From: an uncultured Bacilli bacterium
GTDB taxonomy: Bacteria > Bacillota_I > Bacilli_A > RFN20 > CAG-826
Direction: 5' to 3'
Length of the DNA stretch: 39,461 bases
Assembly: GCA_905236395.1 (NCBI GenBank)
Contig: CAJOPR010000022.1
Coordinates: 1-39,461, forward strand
Numbering within the stretch: position 1 is the stretch's first letter; each line of letters begins with the position of its first letter. Of the stretch, positions 25,958 through 35,287 are shown one piece after another. A model generated the notes under the pieces. The model worked only from the letters and a program-made list of their open reading frames with translations, was not told where the DNA came from and ran no database searches. The position numbers were made by a program, and so were the translations under genes.

Positions 25958-26881
25958 ATGGGAAAACACATCCCTGTATTACTAAAAGAAACCATTGATG
26001 GTTTGAATATCAAACCAGATGGAATATATCTGGATCTTACTCTCGGTAGAGGTGGTCATAGTGGTGAAATCCTTAAAAGATTAACTTCTGGACATCTATA
26101 CGCCGTTGATCAAGATCAAGAAGCCATCAAGGAAAGTGAAAAATATCTAAGAACTATCAAAGATAATTTCACAATCATCTATTCTAACTTCTCGCATATT
26201 GATGAGATCTTAGATGAAAGACATATCGAATATGTGGATGGAATATTAATGGATTTAGGTGTCTCTTCTCCACAATTTGATGAAGGATATAGAGGTTTCT
26301 CTTATAGAGAAGACGCTCCATTAGACATGAGAATGGATACAAATTCCTCTCTCACAGCCTATCAAATCGTTAACACCTATTCTCTCGATGAAATATTTAG
26401 AATCATCAGAGACTATGGAGAAGACAAGTTCGCTTATCAAATAGCGAAGAACATCGTTAAGGCTCGTGAAACTAAACCGATCAAAACAACATTCGATTTA
26501 GTGGAAATCATCAAAAAGAGCAAACCAATGAAGGAATTAAGCAAAGCCGGACATCCCGCTAAGCAAACCTTCCAAGCCCTCAGAATCGCCGTTAATGATG
26601 AGTTAAATGTATTAGAAATAACTTTAAATAAAGTTATGAAATATCTAAGACCTCATGGAGGTAGACTTGCAGTCATTACCTTCCATAGCTTAGAAGATCG
26701 CATTGTTAAAAACATCTTCAAAGATAATGCGGTAGAACAAGGTAATCGATATGATTTCCTCACCAAAGATGAGAAAGAATATCAATTAGTCAACAGAAAG
26801 CCAATTATCGCCACCGATGAAGAATTAGAAATTAATCATCGAGCGGTAAGTGCAAAGTTAAGAATTATCGAAAGAAAATAA
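25958..26881 (+). CDS. rsmH: 16S rRNA m4C1402 methyltransferase
   Basis: HIPVLL, DLTLGRGGHS, DLGVSSPQ, FQALRIAVNDEL, ITFHSLEDR. Confidence 0.97.
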   Translation: MGKHIPVLLKETIDGLNIKPDGIYLDLTLGRGGHSGEILKRLTSGHLYAVDQDQEAIKESEKYLRTIKDNFTIIYSNFSHIDEILDERHIEYVDGILMDLGVSSPQFDEGYRGFSYREDAPLDMRMDTNSSLTAYQIVNTYSLDEIFRIIRDYGEDKFAYQIAKNIVKARETKPIKTTFDLVEIIKKSKPMKELSKAGHPAKQTFQALRIAVNDELNVLEITLNKVMKYLRPHGGRLAVITFHSLEDRIVKNIFKDNAVEQGNRYDFLTKDEKEYQLVNRKPIIATDEELEINHRAVSAKLRIIERK

Positions 26882-26898
26882 AGAAAGGAGAAACAGCT

Positions 26899-27135
26899 AT
26901 GGTCATGAAAGACAAATTAGTGAAGACCAACCATAAGGGTGGTTACTATATGATGAAGAAACTCTCCATCGGTCTTTTAGCTGTTGCCAGTGTGACATTC
27001 GCCATTGCTGTTCCAACCTACATTATCCACGCAAACAAGACCAAAAATACAATGGGCTTAGCTGAAGAAAATACATCAGAAGTCGTGGAAGAGAGTGTCT
27101 CAGAGGAGAATAAATATGAAAGCTACAATGATTAA
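26899..27135 (+). CDS. Small single-TM protein in the ftsL position
   Basis: AAGGAG RBS, basic N-terminus, one TM helix, acidic C-terminus. Confidence 0.65.
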   Translation: MVMKDKLVKTNHKGGYYMMKKLSIGLLAVASVTFAIAVPTYIIHANKTKNTMGLAEENTSEVVEESVSEENKYESYND

Positions 27136-27340
27136 GAAATTCAATATTATCGTTTCGTTATGGTTGATCGCCATCATCGCTGTGCTAGTGGTGTTAGGCT
27201 TCAAACTTAACGTCTTTGGTTTCTATATTGGTGCCATGGTAGTGGGCTCATTCCTACTCGCTAGCAACACATTCAATATCGTGAGCGGACTCGTATCTTC
27301 CCGTCCAAGAGCAGTGGAAACCGAGAGAAAATACAACTAA
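27116..27340 (+). CDS. Small two-TM membrane protein (74 aa)
   Basis: GAGGAG RBS before ATG 27116. Two hydrophobic helices. Confidence 0.65.
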   Translation: MKATMIKKFNIIVSLWLIAIIAVLVVLGFKLNVFGFYIGAMVVGSFLLASNTFNIVSGLVSSRPRAVETERKYN

Positions 27341-27491
27341 TATAGTGTAAAAATCTCACATTCAAAATAGTCGCAAATTAGTAGTTAATTAGTAGCAAAA
27401 GCGAAAATAACTACTTTTTTATTAACATATAATGTTATTTCTTGTATATTTTTATAATAGTTATTAAAATAACTTTGATTAGGATAAAAAT

Positions 27492-28694
27492 ATGGAAAAA
27501 ACAGTCGCTGCAATTGAATTCGGAAGCAAGAAATTAAAGCTTGTCGTGGGATATGAACTTGATGGCAAAGTTTATATTCTTTATGCATTAACAAAACCTT
27601 ATGGCCATATCGTGGAAACTGGTTCTATTATTGACCAGGCTAAGTTAGCCAAGGCCATTAGTGAAGTCAGAAATATTTCAGATGTAAGCGCGCGTTTAAA
27701 GATTGCTATTTCCGAAGCCTTATTAGCGTTACCTCCATATGGTTTGGAGATATTCCAAACAAAGCAAGTGACTACCGTATTATCTGAAGAAGGTAAGATC
27801 GGTAACATTGATATTAGAAATATCTATTCCTTAATTAAGAATGGTGCCTTGCCACTTAATAATCAATTAATTGATGTCGCACCTGAAAGATACATATTAG
27901 ATCAGGGACGTTCATTCCTTCGCCCGCCTCTTAACGAATCAAGCACGACGCTCACAGTGCTCGCTAAGGTACACACATTACCTAAGCGCATAAGCGGTGA
28001 GTACAAGGCCGCGCTTACCGCAGGCGGATTAAGTATTAAACGTTCTGTTGTTTCTTCATTCGCTGCCGCTGAGCTATTAGGTTCTTATGAAGACTTACCA
28101 AGCGATTACATCCTAGTGGACATTGGTTCCAATGTCACAACAGTCTCCTTGGTGGGTGAAAAAGAATTATATGCCTCCCGCTTCTTTGAATGGGGTGGTG
28201 ATAGAATCACAGAGAGAATTGTTGAATCATTTAATATAAATGAAGCAGACGCTGAGAAATATAAAATCACCTATGGCATCGATAAACGCGAGATGAATTT
28301 CAAAGCCCCAATCTGTATTACAGATGATGGTGAAGGCAATGAAGTGAAACACTACGCTGATGAACTCAATTACATCATTAAAGGTGAATTAGATATCTTC
28401 TTAAAGCAATTATCTTCTTCTTTAGAAGAATTGCTTAAGGGATATGATAGTAGCGCTAAGTCGTTACCGATGATCTTAATCGGTGGTGGCAGCCGCTTAA
28501 ACGGTTTAGTGGATTATATCGAACCAAAGGTTCCAAACGAGAAAGTTATCACTGTTCTCCCACGTACATTAGGTGCGAGAAACCCCACATTCCTAAACTG
28601 TTTAGGTATGATACTTGCTAATAGCAAATATCCAAATGTTTATGACGAAACTCATCCTCACGTTGGTCAATTGACCCGTGATGAAGAAAAATAG
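27492..28694 (+). CDS. ftsA: Cell division protein FtsA (divergent)
   Basis: Actin-fold motifs AIEFGSKK, VDIGSNVT, GGDRIT, LIGGGSRL. Directly precedes ftsZ. Confidence 0.88.
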   Translation: MEKTVAAIEFGSKKLKLVVGYELDGKVYILYALTKPYGHIVETGSIIDQAKLAKAISEVRNISDVSARLKIAISEALLALPPYGLEIFQTKQVTTVLSEEGKIGNIDIRNIYSLIKNGALPLNNQLIDVAPERYILDQGRSFLRPPLNESSTTLTVLAKVHTLPKRISGEYKAALTAGGLSIKRSVVSSFAAAELLGSYEDLPSDYILVDIGSNVTTVSLVGEKELYASRFFEWGGDRITERIVESFNINEADAEKYKITYGIDKREMNFKAPICITDDGEGNEVKHYADELNYIIKGELDIFLKQLSSSLEELLKGYDSSAKSLPMILIGGGSRLNGLVDYIEPKVPNEKVITVLPRTLGARNPTFLNCLGMILANSKYPNVYDETHPHVGQLTRDEEK

Positions 28695-28705
28695 GAGGCC
28701 AATAT

Positions 28706-29812
28706 ATGGAAAACTATGATTTAGATAATTTCGAACCAGCAGCACGAATTGTTGTTATTGGTGTCGGTGGCGCAGGTAATAACGCCGTCAATCGTATGAT
28801 TGATGATGAGATTCAAAACGTTGAATTCTTCGTGGCTAATACCGACAAACAAGCATTATCTACTAGCAAAGCTAGAAACCGCATTATCTTAGGCGAAGAA
28901 ATCACAGGCGGATTAGGCGCAGGTGGTGAGCCTGAAGTGGGCGAGAAAGCCGCAGAGGCGAGCTCAGATGCGATTCGCGAGATCGTTAAAGGCGCGGATT
29001 TAGTTTTTGTGGCCGCCGGTATGGGTGGAGGCACAGGTACAGGTGCTGCACCTGTTATTGCTAAGATCGCTAAGGATGCTGGTGCATTAGTTCTCGCTAT
29101 TGTTACTAGACCATTTACCTTTGAAGGTAAAAAACGTGTTGTTAACTCCATCGATGGATTAAATAAACTCAGAGCGAATGTTGATAGCATCATCGTTGTT
29201 AGTAACGATAAGTTGTTAATGACCAGTGGTAACGCTCCAATTTCTCAAGCATTCTATGAATCTGATAGAGTTTTAGCCCAATCTGTTAAGACAGTTGTTA
29301 ACTTAATTCTCTTACCAGCAGTCATCAACTTAGACTTCGCTGATGTGAGAAATACACTTAAAGATGCTGGCGTTTCCTTAATCGGATTCGGCTTAGGTTC
29401 AGGACAAAATAGAGCTAAAGATGCCGCTAATGCAGCGTTATCTTCTCCATTGCTTGAAGCATCCATTACTGGTGCTAGAAGAGCAATCGTTTCTGTCACC
29501 TGTGGACCTAATGTTTCCCTCTTTGATGCTCAAGAAACCGTCAACCTACTTATTGATGCAAGTGGACATGATATCGACGTCAAATTCGGTGTGGCAATTA
29601 ATGACCAATTAGACGATGAAATCTTAGTCAGCGTCATTGCCAGCGACTTTGAAGAAGAGGTCGACTTCTCTCGTCCGACCGTGTTCGCGGCCCCAAGTAG
29701 AGATCATGATGACTTCTTTAAAGCTCCTGATGAAGAAAAACCAGTTGAAGAAGAAAAGAAAGAAAGTTCTATTTCTGACGATTCCATTCTTCCAAGCTTC
29801 TTAAAAGACTAA
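28706..29812 (+). CDS. ftsZ: Cell division protein FtsZ
   Basis: GVGGAGNNAV, GMGGGTGTG, INLDFADV, C-terminal peptide ILPSFLK. Confidence 0.98.
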   Translation: MENYDLDNFEPAARIVVIGVGGAGNNAVNRMIDDEIQNVEFFVANTDKQALSTSKARNRIILGEEITGGLGAGGEPEVGEKAAEASSDAIREIVKGADLVFVAAGMGGGTGTGAAPVIAKIAKDAGALVLAIVTRPFTFEGKKRVVNSIDGLNKLRANVDSIIVVSNDKLLMTSGNAPISQAFYESDRVLAQSVKTVVNLILLPAVINLDFADVRNTLKDAGVSLIGFGLGSGQNRAKDAANAALSSPLLEASITGARRAIVSVTCGPNVSLFDAQETVNLLIDASGHDIDVKFGVAINDQLDDEILVSVIASDFEEEVDFSRPTVFAAPSRDHDDFFKAPDEEKPVEEEKKESSISDDSILPSFLKD

Positions 29813-29827
29813 ATATAAAATATTTAT

Positions 29828-29853
29828 AAGAGCGGCGTTGGTCGCTCTTTTTT
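29828..29853 (+). terminator. Intrinsic terminator after ftsZ
   Basis: AAGAGCGGC-GTTG-GTCGCTCTT-TTTT. Confidence 0.88.
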
Positions 29854-29884
29854 ATTTTCGCTACTCTGTTGTGAAAATAAATTC

Positions 29885-29913
29885 TAGACATAAAAGTCTT
29901 ATTAACTTATAGT
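29885..29913 (+). promoter_or_regulatory. Sigma-A promoter for ileS
   Basis: TAGACA-17 nt-TATAGT. Confidence 0.65.
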
Positions 29914-29947
29914 TAACTACGATAAGATATCAATGAGGTGAATACCT

Positions 29948-32698
29948 ATGGATTATAAAGACACATTATTAATGAACAAAAGCGAGTTCGAGATGCGTGG
30001 TAATCTATCGCAAAAAGAACCTGCTTTAGTTGAGAAATGGAAAAATGAACGTTTATACGATGAAATGAACCTCAATCATAAAGATGCGATTGAATTTGTT
30101 TTGCATGATGGCCCTCCATATGCAAACGGTGATATGCACTGTGGTCATATGCTTAATAGAGTCCTAAAGGACTTTGTTGTACGTTATAAGAACATGCAAG
30201 GCTATAAAACACCATTTGTTTTTGGCTGGGACACACATGGTCTTCCAATTGAAAACCAAGTCACTAAGTCTGGTGTTAATAGAAAGACAACACCAATCGT
30301 TGAATTCCGTAAAAAATGTGAAGAATATGCTTATAAGCAAGTTGAGAGACAAAAAGAACAAATTAGACGTCTCGGTTTAGTCGGCGACTTTGATAATCCA
30401 TACATCACACTTCAAAAAGAATATGAAGCCAAGCAGATTGAGATCTTCGCTAAGATGGCACTTAGAGGCTTAATCTATAAAGGTTTAAAACCAGTTTATT
30501 GGTCTCCAAGTAGTGAATCTGCTTTAGCAGAAGCAGAAATTGAATATAAGGATGTCGTTAGTCACTCCATCTATGTCGCTTTCCCAGTGAAAGATGGTAA
30601 AGGTGCTGTGGATAATGATGCGAGATTCATCATCTGGACCACAACTCCATGGACATTACCCGCTAACTTAGCAATTTCCGCACATCCTGATTTCGTTTAT
30701 GGTGAATATCAAACAAGCCGTGGAAAATTCGTTTTCCTTAAGGAATTTGAAGAAAAACTATCTCAAGAATTAGATCTTGAAGATGTTAAATTATTAAAAA
30801 CCATTAAAGGTAGCGATTTAGAATTCGTAGTGTGCAAACACCCATTCTATGATCGTGATTCTTTAGTGATTGTTGGAACACATGTTACCAATGATGCTGG
30901 TACTGGTTTGGTCCATACCGCTCCTGGGCATGGTGTGGAAGACTACCAAGTCTGTATGAAATACCCCGGAAGAGGTTTAGATCCATACTGCCCTGTTGAT
31001 GAACATGGTTATATGATGAAAGGAACCGGCGAAGGTATTGAAGGCTTGTTCTATGAACAAGCAAATGACGCTGTTTTAAAGATTATTGAAGAAAACGGTT
31101 CATTATTAAAGCACGAAACATTCTCTCACTCCTATCCACATGACTGGAGAACTGGTAAGCCATTAATCTTTAGAGCGACAGACCAATGGTTCTGTTCTAT
31201 CTCTCCAATTAGAGATGAATTAATTGATATTATTCACCAAACCAAGTGGTATCCAGCTTGGGGTGAAACCAGAATGGTTAATATGATTAAAGACCGCGCT
31301 GACTGGTGTATTTCCCGTCAGAGAGCGTGGGGTGTCCCAATTCCAATCTTCTATAACGAAGATGGTACTCCAATCGTCGAAAAAGAAGTCTTTGACCATG
31401 TTGCCAAATTATTCAGAGAACATGGTAGTAACATCTGGTATGAAAAGACCGCTAAAGAGTTATTACCTGAAGGATTTAAAAATTCACATTCACCTAAAGG
31501 TGAATTCACAAAAGAAAACGACATTATGGATGTCTGGTTCGATAGTGGTTCCTCATGGTCTGGATGTTTAAAAAATAGAGGCATTTCTTATCCAAGTGAC
31601 TTATACCTAGAAGGTAGTGACCAATATCGTGGTTGGTTCAATGCTTCCTTGATCGTCAGTGTCGCTACAGAACATACAGCCCCATTTAAGACTGTCGTCA
31701 GTCATGGTTGGGTTTTAGATGAACATGGCGAACAAATGCATAAATCCAAGGGCAATGGTGTTGATCCAAGTAAGATCGCTAATGTCTATGGTGCTGATAT
31801 CTTAAGACTTTGGGTGGCTATTGTTGATTATCAACAAGATGTCCGCATTGGTGAAAATCTCATCAAACAAGTCGCTGAACAATATCGTAAGATTAGGAAC
31901 ACCTTAAAATTCCTCTCCTGGAATTTAGTGGACTTTGATCCTAAGAAATCCGCATCTAGCTTTGAGAAAGCTGATTTATTCGTTTTGAATAAATTGGATT
32001 TATTAATTAACACAGTTATCGATGATTTCGATAGGTATGACTTCTCATCCGCGATTGGCGCGATTATGACATTCATGTCCGCTGACTTATCTTCCTTCTA
32101 TTTAGATATCAGCAAAGATATCTTGTATTGCGAAGCAAAGGATAGCGTGAGAAGATTACAAGTCCAAACAGCGATGTATCGCATCTCTGAAGCTTTATTA
32201 AGACTCCTCAATCCAATCCTTCCATTTACAATGGATGAATTTAATAGAAACCTTCCTGGTAAGAGAGAAAAGAACGCTCAATTCTTAGATTATCCAAAAC
32301 ATAAGATTTATGAGGCCAAGGAAGAACGTTTAGCGGAAGAATATGAATTATTCAAGGCTTTACGTAGTGATGTCTTAAAGAGCCTAGAAGAGGCCAGAAA
32401 TAACAAAGTTATTGGTTCTGGACAAGAAGCTAAGGTGGAATTAGAGATTACTAAAGATAAAGAAAGATATGAAAAACTCATTAATGAGATTGGTTTACCT
32501 GGTTTAGCCAAAGCCTTTGTCGTTAGTGAAGTGGTAATAAAAGAAAATGACGGCGCAGAGTTAGAAGTCTCTAGAGTCAAAGTCATCCGTCACCCAGGAC
32601 ATTTCTGTGAGAGATGCTGGAACTATGAAGATGACGCAGTACTTCAAGAAGACGGCACATACTTATGTAAACGTTGCCAGAAAGTTGTAGGTAAGTAA
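29948..32698 (+). CDS. ileS: Isoleucine-tRNA ligase (IleRS1 type)
   Basis: HDGPPYANG, WTTTPWTLP, DWCISRQR, EGSDQYRGWF, C-terminal CERC...CKRC zinc site. Confidence 0.97.
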   Translation: MDYKDTLLMNKSEFEMRGNLSQKEPALVEKWKNERLYDEMNLNHKDAIEFVLHDGPPYANGDMHCGHMLNRVLKDFVVRYKNMQGYKTPFVFGWDTHGLPIENQVTKSGVNRKTTPIVEFRKKCEEYAYKQVERQKEQIRRLGLVGDFDNPYITLQKEYEAKQIEIFAKMALRGLIYKGLKPVYWSPSSESALAEAEIEYKDVVSHSIYVAFPVKDGKGAVDNDARFIIWTTTPWTLPANLAISAHPDFVYGEYQTSRGKFVFLKEFEEKLSQELDLEDVKLLKTIKGSDLEFVVCKHPFYDRDSLVIVGTHVTNDAGTGLVHTAPGHGVEDYQVCMKYPGRGLDPYCPVDEHGYMMKGTGEGIEGLFYEQANDAVLKIIEENGSLLKHETFSHSYPHDWRTGKPLIFRATDQWFCSISPIRDELIDIIHQTKWYPAWGETRMVNMIKDRADWCISRQRAWGVPIPIFYNEDGTPIVEKEVFDHVAKLFREHGSNIWYEKTAKELLPEGFKNSHSPKGEFTKENDIMDVWFDSGSSWSGCLKNRGISYPSDLYLEGSDQYRGWFNASLIVSVATEHTAPFKTVVSHGWVLDEHGEQMHKSKGNGVDPSKIANVYGADILRLWVAIVDYQQDVRIGENLIKQVAEQYRKIRNTLKFLSWNLVDFDPKKSASSFEKADLFVLNKLDLLINTVIDDFDRYDFSSAIGAIMTFMSADLSSFYLDISKDILYCEAKDSVRRLQVQTAMYRISEALLRLLNPILPFTMDEFNRNLPGKREKNAQFLDYPKHKIYEAKEERLAEEYELFKALRSDVLKSLEEARNNKVIGSGQEAKVELEITKDKERYEKLINEIGLPGLAKAFVVSEVVIKENDGAELEVSRVKVIRHPGHFCERCWNYEDDAVLQEDGTYLCKRCQKVVGK

Positions 32699-32699
32699 T

Positions 32700-33407
32700 A
32701 TGGAACAAAAAACATTTTGGAACAAAGTGGTGGATGGACTCAAATGGTTCTTCCATAGCTACATTTGGTTATTTGTGATATTCTTCGCTATTGATTTAAC
32801 AACAAAGTTGTTAGTAGTGAACTATTTCAGCTCACATACCGAACCAATCGTTTTAATCGGTACAGCGGAGAAGCCATTCTTACAAATTAACTATTCCATC
32901 AATACCGCAGCGGCATTTGGTCTTGGTCTACCAAGCGAAATGGCTAACAGAGTTTTGTATTGCGTTATCGCATTTATTGGTCTCTCATTAATCGTTGGAT
33001 TCTATGTTTGGAAATTTAAAAAGATCAATAGCTTAGTGAAAGCCTGCTTAATGCTCATGGCAGTAGGTGCACTCGGCAATATGGTGGACCGTATTTTCTA
33101 CACACCTGTATTCTTACACAATACTTATAACGGTGTTGTCGACTGGATTGACTTTGCCGGTATCTGGCAATTCATCTTTAACATCGCAGATAGCTGTGTT
33201 GTTGTCGGTACTTTAATCCTCTTAGTTTATCTCATCGTGGATGAGGTCAAAACCGTTAAAGCCGCAAGAGCAAAAGAGGTTAAGGAAACTGGCGGTAAAG
33301 TTCTCTCTAAAGAAGAACAATCTCGCTTAGAAGAAAAACCAGCGGAAGAACCAGCAAAAGAAGAATCTGCTAAAGAGGAAGAAAAGCCTGTTAGCGAAAG
33401 CAAATAA
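32700..33407 (+). CDS. lspA: Lipoprotein signal peptidase II
   Basis: NTAAAFG, GALGNMVDR, VVDWI, FNIADS. Confidence 0.92.
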   Translation: MEQKTFWNKVVDGLKWFFHSYIWLFVIFFAIDLTTKLLVVNYFSSHTEPIVLIGTAEKPFLQINYSINTAAAFGLGLPSEMANRVLYCVIAFIGLSLIVGFYVWKFKKINSLVKACLMLMAVGALGNMVDRIFYTPVFLHNTYNGVVDWIDFAGIWQFIFNIADSCVVVGTLILLVYLIVDEVKTVKAARAKEVKETGGKVLSKEEQSRLEEKPAEEPAKEESAKEEEKPVSESK

Positions 33408-34312
33408 TGGAGAAGTACATAGTAAAGGCATCTCAAAATAATATGCGATTAGACAAAGTTCTAGTCGCTTTTATGGTGGATAAATCCCGTAACTATATCT
33501 CTAAAATAATCGATGATGGTAACTGCCTTGTTAATGGTAAAGTTGCCAAAGCTTCTCTTAAAGTAAATGTAGGAGATGTTATTGAACTGGAAATTCCTGA
33601 GGACAAACCCCTTGAAGTTGCCTCTGAAGATATCCCCTTAAACATCATTTACGAAGATGAAGATATTCTCATTATTGATAAGCCACAAGGGATGGTGGTT
33701 CATCCATCTAATGGACATTGGGAGCACACCCTTGTAAATGCGATTATGGCCCATTGTAAGGACCTTAGTGGTATCAATGGTGTAATACGTCCTGGTATCG
33801 TCCATCGTATTGATAAAGATACATCTGGCTTAATTTGTGTCGCTAAAAATGATAAAGCTCATAACTTCTTAGCGGAGCAACTCAAAGATCACACAATGAG
33901 TAGAACCTATGTTGCTTTGGCAAGAGGTGTTATTAAAGAAAACCACGGCACAATCAACATGCCGATTGGTAGAGATAAACGCAATCGTCAAAAGATGGCA
34001 GTCTCTAGAGAAAATAGCAAAGAAGCTATAACTAATTTTGATGTAATCAAAAGATATTCAGAACATACACTTGTGGAATGTCATTTAGTGACTGGTAGAA
34101 CCCATCAAATTAGAGTTCACTTCTCCTATATCGGGCATCCTGTGGAAGGAGATCCTTTATATGGTGGTAGAAGCTATAAGAAACTTTATAGTGGTGGACA
34201 ATTATTAACCGCAATTAAATTGAAACTAATTCATCCAAGAACACAAAAAGAAATGGAATTTGAAACTCAAATCCCATCTTACTTCCAAAATATACTTGAT
34301 GAATTACACTAA
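33407..34312 (+). CDS. rluD: RluA/RluD family pseudouridine synthase
   Basis: S4 domain, DKPQGMVVHP, HRIDKDTSG, GRTHQIRVH. Confidence 0.92.
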   Translation: MEKYIVKASQNNMRLDKVLVAFMVDKSRNYISKIIDDGNCLVNGKVAKASLKVNVGDVIELEIPEDKPLEVASEDIPLNIIYEDEDILIIDKPQGMVVHPSNGHWEHTLVNAIMAHCKDLSGINGVIRPGIVHRIDKDTSGLICVAKNDKAHNFLAEQLKDHTMSRTYVALARGVIKENHGTINMPIGRDKRNRQKMAVSRENSKEAITNFDVIKRYSEHTLVECHLVTGRTHQIRVHFSYIGHPVEGDPLYGGRSYKKLYSGGQLLTAIKLKLIHPRTQKEMEFETQIPSYFQNILDELH

Positions 34313-35230
34313 TTTGTAACCGATAACTTCGCTGTAATTGGCGAAGTTTTTCTTTGCTACTTTGTATAATTCCTTTTCGCCATAGCGCTTTACAAATTCA
34401 ACAGCGAAGTCTGTGACTCTCTTACTGGCCCCAAAAGGGAATTCCATTTTGTATTTCTCTGAGAGCTTTTCCATCTCTTTGAGATAGGAATATCTCGCTA
34501 TTACGCTTGCGAGCGCGACGCATGGGAACCAAGATTCGCCTTTTGTCTTAAACAAGATGCCTTTGACTTGTTCTTCTTTAGCGTCATTTAAGTATTTATA
34601 ATATGTCTCTTCTTTGACGAATTGGTCAACAAAGATGTTTAAAACATCTTGATACTCTTTATGCATGTTAAGTAATGCGCGATTATGCATCTTGGCTTTC
34701 ATGGAGTTAAGGTTTTCACCTTTATCAAGCATTTCGTTATATTTCTCGTTACTTAACGTAAGTTTGGAGAATTTAAATTCTTTTACTAAGATCGCACCGA
34801 CTTCAAGAAGCTTCTTATCAGTCATCTTCTTAGAATCTTGAATGCCCAATTCTTTTAATCTGGCGATACCTTTCTTATCGACGAAAGTTGCGACAACAAT
34901 CATCGGTCCTAAGAAATCACCAACACCGACTTCGTCGCTTCCGATTTGATCATCAAAATACATCCAAGCGGGTTTAGCTTTTTCTAATTGTTCTTCTTCG
35001 TATGGCTTTGCATCTATATCCCAGATTCTTGCTTCATTTAATGCCCCTTCACCAACGAAAGTGATTTTCTTAGTCTCTTTCTTACTTAGATAAGCAGTGA
35101 TAGTGACATCATTGACCTTAGCTTGGAAATCAACATATTCTCCAGTCGCAGTGACTAAAGAAGAGGAATAGTATTCCCTAATGATTTCTAACTTTGTTAA
35201 ATCGACGGATATAGTAACAAATTCTTTCAT
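34304..35230 (-). CDS. rnhC: Ribonuclease HIII
   Basis: N-terminal extension, IGSDEVGVGD..GP, DSKK, VDQF, ASVIAR. Confidence 0.9.
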   Translation of the reverse strand: MKEFVTISVDLTKLEIIREYYSSSLVTATGEYVDFQAKVNDVTITAYLSKKETKKITFVGEGALNEARIWDIDAKPYEEEQLEKAKPAWMYFDDQIGSDEVGVGDFLGPMIVVATFVDKKGIARLKELGIQDSKKMTDKKLLEVGAILVKEFKFSKLTLSNEKYNEMLDKGENLNSMKAKMHNRALLNMHKEYQDVLNIFVDQFVKEETYYKYLNDAKEEQVKGILFKTKGESWFPCVALASVIARYSYLKEMEKLSEKYKMEFPFGASKRVTDFAVEFVKRYGEKELYKVAKKNFANYSEVIGYKLV

Positions 35231-35237
35231 TGGAATT

Positions 35238-35281
35238 ATTCTAGCATAACTTTGTTATCTAGTGTATATGTGTGATATTAT
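35238..35281. promoter_or_regulatory. Back-to-back extended -10 promoters for rnhC and mutS2
   Basis: Minus strand TGCTAGAAT 7 nt before the rnhC ATG. Plus strand TGATATTAT 6 nt before the mutS2 ATG. Confidence 0.65.
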
Positions 35282-35287
35282 AGTCGT

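Noticed and set aside
27376-27421. AATTAGTAG duplication, AGTAGTTA/TAACTACT stem, and TAACTAC also near 4334 and 29914
   Set aside because: Could be a weak terminator, but short AT-rich matches before unrelated genes are too weak to call an operator.
27385-27594. Minus-strand 69-aa ORF upstream of ftsA
   Set aside because: Overlaps the ftsA start and AT-rich promoter DNA, with no protein-like features.
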